64,000 nucleotides of DNA, from assembly GCA_963749915.1 (NCBI GenBank), contig CAVVOP010000021.1, positions 512,001 to 576,000 on the forward strand, in the 5' to 3' direction. The position numbers and the translations under genes are program-made. This document shows, piece after piece, positions 1-10,083 of this stretch. The notes beneath the pieces are model-generated. The model saw only the letters and a list, made by a program, of their open reading frames with translations. It ran no database searches and was not told where the DNA came from. Each line of letters starts with the position of its first letter. Positions within the stretch are counted from its first letter, which is position 1. The DNA is from an uncultured cyanobacterium. Its GTDB lineage: Bacteria; Cyanobacteriota; Cyanobacteriia; Cyanobacteriales; Cyanobacteriaceae.

Positions 1-2074
1 AAAGTACATTATGGTCAACCATCTCCCTTTGCGTATAACCCAAAGTCGTCAGAAAACTGGAATTAACCCGTTTAAATGAGCCATCGTTTCCCATAATACA
101 AAACATATCCAGAGAAAGATTAAAAAAGTAGCTCAATTGTCGTTGGGTTCGACTGCGATCAATAGCCGTAGCTAAAACATTGGCAACGGTTTGTAAAAAA
201 TTAATTTCTTCGGGGGTAAATTTACGGGAAATTTGACTATAAATACCCATAACACCGAAACAATTTTCCTTGCCTCCAATGGTCACCGTTGCACCACTAA
301 CAATTCCCGTATTATGTAAGAACGGAGAAGGACTGAAACGGGTTTCTACGAATAAATCCTCTGTCATCACGGGTTGCATCATGTTAAGAGTATAACCTGG
401 CATCCAACGGGGAGATGAACCAATTTGTGCTAGTCCTATCCAATCTGATAACCAACCTATCCCTGCTTTGAGTAAAAAAGAGGCATGATTCGATTGCAAT
501 TCCAACAAGTCACAATACTTCACTTTTAGTGTGTCGCTGACAATCTTAACGGTGGTATTCATCAAGGTGTTTATGTCATTGCTGATTAAGGCCGTATTTC
601 CTAATTTGGCAATAGCAGTCTGATATTCGGCTACTTGTAAGGCTTTTTGAGCATATTCCGACTGTTGAATGGCAATGGCTACTTGTGAGCCTAGTTTTTG
701 TAATAATTCTAATTCATCTTCCAACCATTGACGGGGTTGAAGACAATTTTGTGCCGCCAATAACCCCCAGAGTCGATCATGAAAAATAATAGGTACAACT
801 AAGTTAGCCTGTATTTGTATCCCCAACAATAAATCCAGATGACAGGGAGACAGATTTGCCGTGAAAACATTATCTACCGCCTGAATCCTCCCGTTAAGAT
901 AGGGTTGAATAAAATCTTTGGCGAAACAGTGATCTTGTACTACTCGCCCTAAAATAGACATTACCCCCGGAATTACTGACTCGGCAATAATAACTCCATC
1001 TCCATCGGGATATAACTGATAGACGATAACTCGATCGCAATCTAAATACTCTCGCACTTCATTAACAGTACTGGTTAAAATTTCATCTAAATGAAGAGAT
1101 TTACGAATGCGCTGACTAAGTTGAGATATTAACTTTTCTTTTTCAACTTGTTTTCTTTCAATTTTAAAAGCATTTTTGATCCTATCAATTTCTTTTTGTT
1201 GTTGTTTTAAATATTGATGTTGCCATTGGGGAGTTAAAACTTTAATTAAATTTCGGGAAGTAACTAAACTAAGTCGATTATAAATGAAAAAAGAACAAGA
1301 GTCATCGCTAAAATTTTCGTTAATTATTCCATAATTAATAGCACAAGAATTAATAATATAATCAGAAAAATAGTAATTAATTAATAGACTTAAATTTTGC
1401 TCTAATAGTTTACTGATGTCAGTAATTTTTTCTCGATCCTCCAAATAAGTAAAAGGTTTAATTTCTAGCTCACTGATGGCTTTATTTGTCCAACTATGCT
1501 TAGTAACAGCGGCAATTATCGAGGAGATATTTAAAATTTTAACACAAGAATCCGTTTCAAAAATAAATCCTTGAAGGTGATTATTTATGCTTAAACTTTT
1601 AATTATTGATAATAAAGAAATATCGTTATTAATTTTAGCTAAATTAGGCTCAATAACTTCTTCTAAAGAAATTTGTTGGTAAAAAGATTCGTTATTAAAA
1701 TAACAACAAAGACTTTTTGCAGTGATTATTCCCATCAAATGACCTCGATTATTTAAACACCCATAAACAAGATACTTATCTTGATAAATATCTTGAGCAA
1801 TGGTGAATATATCTGGTAAATTTGGCTCTTTTGCACTGGGGAAACTTTGACAAAAATTTTTTGCCCTTAAAGAATAAATATTAACATTAGAGGCAATTAT
1901 TTTCAGAATAAGACGCTGAGAAATAACCCCCAAAGGCAATAAGTCATCTACTACGATTAAATACTCATAACCCATAGCCAATTTTTTCAGGACGTCTAAA
2001 AAGGAAGTATCTGGGAAAACTAATATGAGGTGATAATCAATAATAGTTGTCTTAAATTCTTCATGGATAACCAT
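1..2074 (-). CDS. Multi-domain sensor, runs off the left edge: degenerate CBS domains, DXCF-type cyanobacteriochrome GAF, second GAF, start of a PAS domain
   Basis: Hand-translated open frame from ATG at 2074 (MVIHEEFKTTIIDYHL...). Contains SQRIRKSLHLDEILTSTVNEVREYLDCDRVIVYQ...VQDHCFAKDF...LSPCHLDLL...LWGLLAAQNC, a second GAF (FTPEEINFLQTVANVLATAI) and PAS-like FFNLSLDMFCI. Absent from the ORF track because no stop lies in the window. Confidence 0.88.
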   Translation of the reverse strand, partial: MVIHEEFKTTIIDYHLILVFPDTSFLDVLKKLAMGYEYLIVVDDLLPLGVISQRLILKIIASNVNIYSLRAKNFCQSFPSAKEPNLPDIFTIAQDIYQDKYLVYGCLNNRGHLMGIITAKSLCCYFNNESFYQQISLEEVIEPNLAKINNDISLLSIIKSLSINNHLQGFIFETDSCVKILNISSIIAAVTKHSWTNKAISELEIKPFTYLEDREKITDISKLLEQNLSLLINYYFSDYIINSCAINYGIINENFSDDSCSFFIYNRLSLVTSRNLIKVLTPQWQHQYLKQQQKEIDRIKNAFKIERKQVEKEKLISQLSQRIRKSLHLDEILTSTVNEVREYLDCDRVIVYQLYPDGDGVIIAESVIPGVMSILGRVVQDHCFAKDFIQPYLNGRIQAVDNVFTANLSPCHLDLLLGIQIQANLVVPIIFHDRLWGLLAAQNCLQPRQWLEDELELLQKLGSQVAIAIQQSEYAQKALQVAEYQTAIAKLGNTALISNDINTLMNTTVKIVSDTLKVKYCDLLELQSNHASFLLKAGIGWLSDWIGLAQIGSSPRWMPGYTLNMMQPVMTEDLFVETRFSPSPFLHNTGIVSGATVTIGGKENCFGVMGIYSQISRKFTPEEINFLQTVANVLATAIDRSRTQRQLSYFFNLSLDMFCIMGNDGSFKRVNSSFLTTLGYTQREMVDHNVL

Positions 2075-2258
2075 AGTTAAACAATTAACGATGAACAATT
2101 AACAATCAGCAAAATATAATCGATTTGATTGTTAACCGAGGATATATTTAAGTCTAGTGTAGCGTGAGTTTAGTTGAAGAATTATCACTTTTGAAGACAA
2201 ATAAGATAAAATAATTGCCAATATTCTCTGTATCTTTTTGTGTTCTAATGGGAAAAAA

Positions 2259-2332
<74 letters not shown>

Positions 2333-2548
2333 TTGCCTTTACCATCCTAACCATTATTTTTATTTTTGACAACCTTTTTCGTAAATTAATTATTTTGTCT
2401 ATATCAATTGTTATTCATTAGGCATTCTCCATCATGGTAAAATCAAGGATAACTATGTAAAGAATCAAGAAAATTTAAACACATAATTTGCAACTAATTC
2501 TACAATCAAGATATAGACAAAGTTGTGGATTGCTAAATACGAAAATCT

Positions 2549-4327
2549 ATGGTAGCTTCTAATATTCCTTCTTTCAAATTATCAACGGATGTAATTCCCC
2601 TCCAATGTACTGGTGCTTATGCCTTGATGGATAGTCTTTGTCGTCATGGAGTTAAGCATATTTTTGGTTATCCCGGCGGTGCAATTTTACCTATCTACGA
2701 TGAATTGTACCGTTTTGAGGAAAAAGGCGAATTGCAACATATTCTCGTTAGACATGAACAAGGTGCGGCTCATGCGGCTGATGGTTATGCTCGTGCTACG
2801 GGTAAAGTTGGGGTTTGTTTTGGGACTTCTGGTCCTGGAGCGACAAATTTAGTTACAGGCATCGCTACCGCGCATATGGACTCTATTCCGATGGTAATCA
2901 TTACCGGACAAGTGTCAAGGGCGTCTATTGGTTCAGATGCCTTTCAAGAAACAGATATTTATGGTATTACTTTACCCATTGTTAAACATTCTTATGTTGC
3001 CCGTCATGCGCTAGATATTCCTTGGATTATTGCCGAGGCGTTTTATATTGCGAGTACAGGCAGACCAGGTCCTGTTTTAGTGGATATTCCTAAAGATGTG
3101 GGTTTAGAACGATGCGAATATATGCCCGTCAATCCCGGAAAGGTAAAATTGTCCGGTTATCGCCCTACGGTCAAAGGGAATCCTCGTCAAATCAATGCCG
3201 CAGTGGAATTAATTGCCTGTGCTAAACAACCATTACTTTATGTTGGTGGTGGTGCTATTTTGTCCAATGCCCATGCTCAAATTCAGGAATTAGCGGAGCG
3301 TTTCCAATTACCCGTTACCACTACTTTAATGGGTTTAGGTGCTTTCGATGAACATAATCCTCTTTCCGTGGGGATGTTGGGAATGCATGGTACTGCCTAC
3401 GCTAACTTTGCCGTGAGTGAGTGTGATTTATTAATTGCCGTTGGTGCGAGATTTGATGATCGAGTTACCGGAAAATTAGATGAGTTTGCTTCTTTTGCAA
3501 AAGTAATCCATGTCGACATTGATCCTGCGGAGGTGGGCAAAAATCGCCGTCCTGATGTGCCAATTGTAGGGGATGTGCGTCAAGTTTTAGAGCAAATTTT
3601 ACAACGTGCCAGAGAGTTAGATTTACCGACTCAAGATACCTTAACTCAAGATTGGCTAGCACGGATTTATGGCTGGAAAAAAGACTATCCTTTAGAAGTA
3701 CCCCATCCCGTTGATTCGATTTCCCCTCAAGAAGTCATTGTCGAAGTAGGAAATCAGGCCCCTAACGCTTATTACACCACAGACGTAGGTCAACATCAAA
3801 TGTGGGCGGCACAATTCTTAAAAACAGGCCCTCACCGTTGGATTTCTAGTGCTGGTCTGGGTACGATGGGTTTCGGGTTACCCGCAGCTATGGGTGCAAA
3901 AGTGGCTGTACCCGATGAGGAGGTTATCTGTATCAGTGGTGACGCTAGTTTTCAAATGAATTTACAGGAATTAGCCACTCTGGCTCAATATAACATCAAA
4001 GCAAAAATTGTCATCATCAATAATGGTTGGCAGGGCATGGTTCGTCAATGGCAGGAAACCTTCTACGGTGAGCGTTATTCTTCCTCTAATATGGAAACTG
4101 GAATGCCTGATTTTGCTCTCTTAGCTAAGGCTTTCGGTGTTAAAGGCATGGTTGTTCACCATCGTAGTGAATTATCTAGTGCGATCGCTGAAATGTTAGT
4201 CCATGATGGTCCTGTGTTATTAGATGTTCACGTTAAAAAAGATGAAAATTGTTATCCAATGGTAGCCCCTGGGAAAAGTAACGCCCAAATGTTGGGACTA
4301 CCGAAAAAAAACTCAACAAACAACTAA
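2549..4327 (+). CDS. ilvB: Acetolactate synthase large subunit
   Basis: [26 protein letters not shown] and TPP motif GDASFQMN...NN. Confidence 0.96.
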   Translation: MVASNIPSFKLSTDVIPLQCTGAYALMDSLCRHGVKHIFGYPGGAILPIYDELYRFEEKGELQHILVRHEQGAAHAADGYARATGKVGVCFGTSGPGATNLVTGIATAHMDSIPMVIITGQVSRASIGSDAFQETDIYGITLPIVKHSYVARHALDIPWIIAEAFYIASTGRPGPVLVDIPKDVGLERCEYMPVNPGKVKLSGYRPTVKGNPRQINAAVELIACAKQPLLYVGGGAILSNAHAQIQELAERFQLPVTTTLMGLGAFDEHNPLSVGMLGMHGTAYANFAVSECDLLIAVGARFDDRVTGKLDEFASFAKVIHVDIDPAEVGKNRRPDVPIVGDVRQVLEQILQRARELDLPTQDTLTQDWLARIYGWKKDYPLEVPHPVDSISPQEVIVEVGNQAPNAYYTTDVGQHQMWAAQFLKTGPHRWISSAGLGTMGFGLPAAMGAKVAVPDEEVICISGDASFQMNLQELATLAQYNIKAKIVIINNGWQGMVRQWQETFYGERYSSSNMETGMPDFALLAKAFGVKGMVVHHRSELSSAIAEMLVHDGPVLLDVHVKKDENCYPMVAPGKSNAQMLGLPKKNSTNN

Positions 4328-4427
4328 AAATTATACGTTTTTATAAGAATTTGTGAGATTTTTCACTGATGATGATAATATAGATTACCAATTAGAAAAA
4401 TAAGTTTACCAAGGAACTATTTGTATT

Positions 4428-4565
4428 ATGGAAGCTACTATATTATTGGCTAAACTACCAGAGGCTTATGAAATTTTCAATCCTTTAGTAGACATATTGC
4501 CTATCATCCCTTTATTCTTTTTGTTATTAGCTTTTGTTTGGCAAGCGGCGGTTGGTTTCAGATAA
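4428..4565 (+). CDS. psbK: Photosystem II reaction centre protein K
   Basis: Hand translation [45 protein letters not shown] (45 aa); below the ORF-track size cutoff. Confidence 0.97.
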   Translation: MEATILLAKLPEAYEIFNPLVDILPIIPLFFLLLAFVWQAAVGFR

Positions 4566-4600
4566 ATCGCCTTTGCAAAATCAAAATATAAATAATAATC

Positions 4601-4640
4601 TAAACCCATGCTTTTTGCATTATCAGAGTGTGGGTTTTTC
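4601..4640. terminator. Probable intrinsic terminator between convergent psbK and the downstream gene
   Basis: AAACCCATGCTTT...AGAGTGTGGGTTT stem followed by a T run. Confidence 0.55.
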
Positions 4641-4679
4641 TTGGCTTCAATTTGATCTTACACAGGAAATATTAAATGA

Positions 4680-5201
4680 TCACAACAAGGGAATAGTGCC
4701 TAAAATTCCTTCTATTTTTTGGTAAATTTCCATTAAGCGATCGCCGTTAATATGAACTTCAGTGGTAGGATAACTTTGCGCTACTTCCATAATACTAATA
4801 TTATTATCTTTCAAAGCTGATGTGACCACCGCACCCCGTAAAGATTCTCGACTGGCTTTCTGACTTGGAGTCGTAATCACCTGTGCAAAAACATCCAATA
4901 CGACTCCCCCCAAAGGATTATTTAACATTTTTGACAACATTACCCCATTCACAGGAATTTTTCGGCAAAGAGTATCTCTTACATTTTGCGGTTTTTGGTT
5001 TGCTAACCTCAAGAAATCACTTAAAGCGGGGGAAATTTCTTCTGTTTCACAAAATACAGTTAAATCTTCAACGGGGATAGACTGGTGCAACACACTATAA
5101 TTTAAAATAATTTTGTCCGCAGCGATGGCCTTAGTAAAAGGATTAAAAATTAAAGTAATTAGAGTAGAAATAATCAGAGAATAACGAGTTAGGGAAGACA
5201 T
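4680..5201 (-). CDS. Exported protein, DUF1400-like (alpha/beta hydrolase-associated) domain
   Basis: Signal peptide, then AIAADKIILNY...SIPVEDL.VFCETEEI...LRGAVVTSA..DNNISIMEVAQSYPT pattern. Confidence 0.7.
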   Translation of the reverse strand: MSSLTRYSLIISTLITLIFNPFTKAIAADKIILNYSVLHQSIPVEDLTVFCETEEISPALSDFLRLANQKPQNVRDTLCRKIPVNGVMLSKMLNNPLGGVVLDVFAQVITTPSQKASRESLRGAVVTSALKDNNISIMEVAQSYPTTEVHINGDRLMEIYQKIEGILGTIPLL

Positions 5202-5269
5202 ATAATCTAAATAAAATTAATTTTAACGCCAGTTAACCTGACGCAAAATAATTTTAAAAGTTCATGATA

Positions 5270-5364
5270 TATAGCAATCCTATTTGATTTGTAAGAATAA
5301 ATGCTGTTGAGAAAATCTCGCCATGGGGTTAGTGTCTTCTCATCAATGATTCAGGACTGCTATA
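5270..5364. repeat. Small inverted-repeat element (MITE-like, 95 bp)
   Basis: Ends TATAGCAATCCT (5270-5281) and AGGACTGCTATA (5353-5364) are 11/12 inverted complements. Confidence 0.75.
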
Positions 5365-5434
5365 GAAACAGAAAAAGAGATTAGGACAGATTAACAGGTT
5401 TAACTTATAATACGGTAAGGTGATTATTCTGAGC

Positions 5435-6526
5435 TCAAAAATCGCTACTTGCTTCCACTACTGTTAATTGTGGTTTTCCCAACTTTTGTAAATAATTTAT
5501 ATGCTCAATAACCGCTTCTCGAATAGTACCATAATTAATGTAGTCAATGTTAAATTCTTGACAAGTTTCTTTAACTATGCGGTGAATATTGGGATAATGA
5601 ACATGAGACATTCGGGGAAAAATATGATGCTCAATTTGAAAATTTAATCCTCCTAAATACCAAGTTAAAAGCCAGTTATTAGTCGCAAAATTGGCCGTAG
5701 TTTTTACCTGATGTATTGCCCATTCATTTTGTAAGTATTGATCTTCAACCATAGGAAAGTCATTTTTATCCATGATATGAGCGAGATTAAAAATAATCGA
5801 AAGATTAAATCCTACCATGCCCAAAATTAGCAGATTCGCAATAATTACATGGAATAGAGGATGAAAAAAGCAAGGCAAGATTAAGGCATAAAAAATATAA
5901 AATGCCTTGAATGAAAATAAAACACTAAGTCTTTTATAGCCCAAATTTGGTAATTTATAATCGCCTATTTTACCTGTAATTAGTTTTTGAAAATCAGACA
6001 AATAAATCCAATAAAATAATAAAATCGCGTAAACCAAAACAAAGTATAAATGTTGAAAACGATGCCAAGGTTTCCATTGTTGATTAGGATTTAATCTTAA
6101 TAAAGATAAAGTGTCCATATCCGCATCAATGTTATCGATATTAGTGTAGGTATGGTGCAGAAAATTATGGGCTTGTTGCCACAAGGCACTACTACCGCCC
6201 ACAAAATCTAAAGATAATGAGCCTAGTTTATTTAGCCATGAATGCTGAGAGTAGCTGTTATGATTTGCGTCATGTTGAATATTAAAACCAATCATGACAT
6301 AAAACTGAGACAGCAGAAACCCGATTAATAAAGCCACCCAAATATTATGGATCAAAAAGACGAGTAAAAGATAACAAGTGATATAGCCTGTAAAGATAAT
6401 TCCTGATTTGAAAAATATTTGCCGATTACCCTGATAATTAAGTTTTTCTTGGGTGAAATATTCATCAACACGAAGTTTTAAGGTTTTATAAAAGCCCGTT
6501 TTCTGGGGAAATTTAGCAAGAGTCAT
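5435..6526 (-). CDS. Membrane front-end fatty acid desaturase (DesD/delta-6-like)
   Basis: His boxes HDANH, HNFLHH, QIEHH; N-terminal F.QKTGFYKTLKLRVDEYF and EWAIHQVKTTANFATNN resemble cyanobacterial DesD. Confidence 0.85.
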   Translation of the reverse strand: MTLAKFPQKTGFYKTLKLRVDEYFTQEKLNYQGNRQIFFKSGIIFTGYITCYLLLVFLIHNIWVALLIGFLLSQFYVMIGFNIQHDANHNSYSQHSWLNKLGSLSLDFVGGSSALWQQAHNFLHHTYTNIDNIDADMDTLSLLRLNPNQQWKPWHRFQHLYFVLVYAILLFYWIYLSDFQKLITGKIGDYKLPNLGYKRLSVLFSFKAFYIFYALILPCFFHPLFHVIIANLLILGMVGFNLSIIFNLAHIMDKNDFPMVEDQYLQNEWAIHQVKTTANFATNNWLLTWYLGGLNFQIEHHIFPRMSHVHYPNIHRIVKETCQEFNIDYINYGTIREAVIEHINYLQKLGKPQLTVVEASSDF

Positions 6527-6713
6527 TCTATAGGTTTATATGTATGAAAATCAACATTGGGACGGTAACGATGGCTACCAGTAAAAACATAACATGATCC
6601 ATACCCTATTGATTCAAAAAAACCATGAATGGTTGACCATTAACCATTGACAAATGAGGATCAAAATTGATTTCTTATTGCGATTAGTCAATTCGGTAAA
6701 GACATCATATTAT

Positions 6714-6845
6714 TAGACCCCTTGCAAAAATAGATTTCTCGGTTAGGTAATTTTGGATTTTGGATTATCCAAGCCTTTCTGACTCCTGACTCCTGACTCC
6801 TGACTTCTCTGACGACCAGATTTTTTGACTTTTGCAAGAGGTCTA
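6714..6845. mobile_element. MITE (132 bp) with TAGAC..CTTGCAAAA terminal inverted repeats and internal (CTCCTGA)n
   Basis: TAGACCCCTTGCAAAA ... TTTTGCAAGAGGTCTA, 15/16 inverted match. Confidence 0.8.
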
Positions 6846-6854
6846 TTATATCCC

Positions 6855-7490
6855 CTATGTTTGATGTTCAAAAACGTTAGTATAATACATTAGATCTAAA
6901 TCAACAAACAGAGAAATAGTGTCAAAACACCTCTTGGCTAATTCCCAGCGATCCTCTCTCTGTAACATTGTAGTTAATTTCTGTCTTACGGGTATTAGAT
7001 AACGAACATCATTAGCCGCATAACTGAGTTGTGCGGGCGATAAACTGTTAACATTTCCCCAATCCGAACTTTGAGCTTTCTTATCTAACTCTACCCCCTC
7101 TAATTCTTGTACTAGACTTTTTAAACCATGGCTTTGAGTATAAGTACGGGCAATTTTACTGGCAATTTTTGTGCAAAAAACAGATTTTGTTTCGACATTA
7201 AAAGTATATTTGAATTGACCTACATCAAAACGGGCATAATGAAAAATTTTCGTAATAGCAGAAGATTCTAATAGTTGAGTCAAATTAGGTGCTGAAGTTT
7301 GTCCTTTGGCGATGCGAATGGCAGTAACAAAACCTTTGGGATCACATATTTGTACTAGGCAGAGGCGATCTCGCTGAGGCACTAAACCCATGGTTTCGGT
7401 ATCCACGGCTAAACATTCAGCTTGAAAATACTGATTAAAAATTTCCGAAGGCAAATCCCCTTCACAAACCAAAAACTTATCTAATGACAT
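6855..7490 (-). CDS. rnd: Ribonuclease D-like 3'-5' exonuclease (DEDDy)
   Basis: AVDTETMGL, RLCLVQ, FHYARFD, SSDWG, YAANDV motifs. Confidence 0.9.
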   Translation of the reverse strand: MSLDKFLVCEGDLPSEIFNQYFQAECLAVDTETMGLVPQRDRLCLVQICDPKGFVTAIRIAKGQTSAPNLTQLLESSAITKIFHYARFDVGQFKYTFNVETKSVFCTKIASKIARTYTQSHGLKSLVQELEGVELDKKAQSSDWGNVNSLSPAQLSYAANDVRYLIPVRQKLTTMLQREDRWELAKRCFDTISLFVDLDLMYYTNVFEHQT

Positions 7491-7594
7491 AGATCTTTAA
7501 TAAAGGACAATGGACAGTTAATAATTGATAATTAAGGGAATAGGGACAAGGAAATCTTTATTATTACTTGTCCCTATCTCCAAACTCACGTTAA

Positions 7595-7900
7595 TTATTC
7601 CTGATCCTGATGACGAGGAGAAATTTGCTCGGCCTCAGGACAATCATCGGACACCAGTACATCAGCATAGCCACGAGGAACAGAGGCTAATTTACGACTA
7701 ATAGCACCAATGCTTTCAAGGCGTACAAATTCTTCCCACGAACTATTCTCGTAGTCTTCTTCCATTTCATATCGAATAGAAACTACATCGCCCTCGATGC
7801 CGATAATTTGTGCATCTTCAATCCAACGTTGTTGATCTCGCAGGAAGACAGAGACATCACAACCTTCTTTATACATCTGATAAATTTTGCGGTCTAACAT
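7595..7900 (-). CDS. Conserved-looking hypothetical protein, possible Sm/Hfq-like fold
   Basis: ORF with AGGAGA RBS upstream; helix plus beta-strand pattern (see findings). Confidence 0.75.
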   Translation of the reverse strand: MLDRKIYQMYKEGCDVSVFLRDQQRWIEDAQIIGIEGDVVSIRYEMEEDYENSSWEEFVRLESIGAISRKLASVPRGYADVLVSDDCPEAEQISPRHQDQE

Positions 7901-8152
7901 ATACTTCTCCTTACACTGCTAAAGATCAAAATAATTTTTAGGATAATTGTAATGGTAAAACTTCTCAAGGTGAGTTTTTTTTTCAAAGTAGAGATAAATA
8001 AGAATGTCCATTGTAACTAATTTTTAGGACTTAAGTTAACAAAAACCCTTGAAACAGAGAAAAGCAAAAGCAATGAAGATAAACATTTGATGAGCATAAT
8101 TATTTTCAGGGTGAGACCAATTCTAAAATATTGAACTTATGAACTTGTTAAA

Positions 8153-9085
8153 CTATCGTAGCATTTTATTCCCATATATATTGTTTTGATAAGCTTGAAT
8201 AACATCAAAAGTGTATTCAGTTACGAGTTCTGTTTGTTCTAACATGGCAAAATGTCCGCATTCGTCAATTTCATAAACATTTTGTTCGCAATGTTGAAAA
8301 AGGGTATGAAAACTTGCTAAATGTTTTACGTATTGAGTTTCCATAATTTGATCTTGTTTCCCGGCGATAAAATATGCTGGTTGACGTAGACGGGATACTA
8401 TTTGCGGTAAGTAATGGACTTCATCCTCGGTTGTTGATTCTAATAGTGAACTGATGGCCGCCTGTTCATCTGCAAATAAAAAATCTTTAAGTCTTTGTTT
8501 TCCCCATTTAATTTCTAAGGGTTTTTTAACCATCATCCTTGCAAAAATAAAGTCAAAAAAAGGGACATTTAATAACCATTGAGGACGAAATTTAATGAGA
8601 TTTTCTCCTGCTTTGCGGAAACGTTCAAATTCTTCTTTCAGGTAGATTCCACCTCCGGCATTAATACAAATTACCCCCTCAACCATGTCGCAACAAACAT
8701 CCGCCCCCCACAAGGCAATACTGCCACCCAAAGAGTGACCGACAAGCCAAGCCTTATTTATTTTTAATTGTATTAGTAATTCCTTTAAGTCTTCAGCATA
8801 ACTATGTAAATTAAAGGACAGAGATAAATTTGTTAGTAGTGGTTGATTTTTGCCGCTATTTTCCCCTTTTATGAATGAAGATGGCAGTTGAGATTGACCA
8901 AATCCCTTTAAATCATAGGCTAAACAAGAATATTCACGTTTGAGTTGATTGATTAACGGTGCCCAATATTCATAACTTAGTAGCCATCCGTGAATGAAAA
9001 CCAGTACTGGTTTGGATGAGTCGGCAGATTCACTTTCGGTAAATTGATAAGAATGATCGACACCACGAATATTAATCTTATTCAT
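8153..9085 (-). CDS. Alpha/beta fold hydrolase
   Basis: VFIHGW, YDLKGFGQS, GHSLGG nucleophile elbow, C-terminal GHFAMLE. Confidence 0.9.
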   Translation of the reverse strand: MNKINIRGVDHSYQFTESESADSSKPVLVFIHGWLLSYEYWAPLINQLKREYSCLAYDLKGFGQSQLPSSFIKGENSGKNQPLLTNLSLSFNLHSYAEDLKELLIQLKINKAWLVGHSLGGSIALWGADVCCDMVEGVICINAGGGIYLKEEFERFRKAGENLIKFRPQWLLNVPFFDFIFARMMVKKPLEIKWGKQRLKDFLFADEQAAISSLLESTTEDEVHYLPQIVSRLRQPAYFIAGKQDQIMETQYVKHLASFHTLFQHCEQNVYEIDECGHFAMLEQTELVTEYTFDVIQAYQNNIYGNKMLR

Positions 9086-9334
9086 TGATTTAGCTGGGCT
9101 TGATTAATTCCTATGATCTTGGAGGAAATCAGTAAGTAAAATATGGGCTTTTCCACTTTCTCAATATAACCCACAATGGGGCGGAAAAAAAATTAAACCC
9201 CAACAACGTGAGTTCGATTTGGGATTGGAGGTTAATTGTGTCAATCTAATTCCAGATTTTGTTAAGTTCGTCAACAGTGGAATTGCCATGGCCGATCACC
9301 TATCCCACACTTTGCTAATGCACTACTCTAATTT

Positions 9335-10015
9335 TTAATTAATATTCCAACCCAAACGAGTGGGTTGTTGATAAATTTTTTTGAGAGTATTTATATCTTG
9401 GGGGGAAATAGTCGGAATTTCTCTTGTGTGGGAATGATACATTATATCTGCATTGTTTAAACTGTGTCCCCAAATACCGATGGCATGACCCAATTCATGA
9501 GTAATATTAGTTAGTAAATAGTCAAAAGTTTGATGGGGATTAACTTCAATCGTCATTTTGTGGCACAGTTGAGGCGTTTGAGTTTTCGTCAAGTAAAATT
9601 TTACCGTGGTCGTAGCCGCTTTTGCTCTTGGGAGGTTATATAATCCTGTGTCAGGGTTAATTTCTGCTTTAAACTCTGGATAACGACGATAAATCAGAAT
9701 ATCGGCATTTTCTGGGGTATCAACTTCTATTAATGGTAAATAAGGATTCCATGATGCGATCGCTATTTTAGAAGCTTTTTGCCATTCTTGAAACTGAGTT
9801 AAGCCAGCAGGAGATAAATCAGCATCAGGAGATTGTAGATAAACCTTAACAGGAAAATGTGACCAAATTAAATAACCGGCTAAATGAGGCTCAATTTCAC
9901 TAAAATAGTCTCCTTGGTTATGGGCGGTCCAATGTTGTAAGGAAACCGGTAAAGGATGAACTTGTAAAGGAGGTAAATTAGTATCTGTAGCCCTAACAGC
10001 ACGACTTAAATTCAC
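9335..10015 (-). CDS. Matrixin-like (M10) zinc metallopeptidase; true start probably upstream of 10015
   Basis: HELGHAIGIWGHS zinc motif plus Met-turn DIMY; frame stays open upstream through a signal-peptide-like stretch. Confidence 0.8.
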   Translation of the reverse strand: MNLSRAVRATDTNLPPLQVHPLPVSLQHWTAHNQGDYFSEIEPHLAGYLIWSHFPVKVYLQSPDADLSPAGLTQFQEWQKASKIAIASWNPYLPLIEVDTPENADILIYRRYPEFKAEINPDTGLYNLPRAKAATTTVKFYLTKTQTPQLCHKMTIEVNPHQTFDYLLTNITHELGHAIGIWGHSLNNADIMYHSHTREIPTISPQDINTLKKIYQQPTRLGWNIN

Positions 10016-10083
10016 CAGTATTAAAGTAGCAAAAAAAACAACTAATATAGACTGTAATTGATTTTTAACTATCTGTTTAATAA

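Noticed and set aside
4534..4725. 63-aa ORF from the track
   Set aside because: Overlaps psbK out of frame and spans a terminator hairpin; no recognisable motif.
6779..6804. (CTCCTGA)n as a CRISPR-like or coding repeat
   Set aside because: It is a simple heptamer run inside a MITE.
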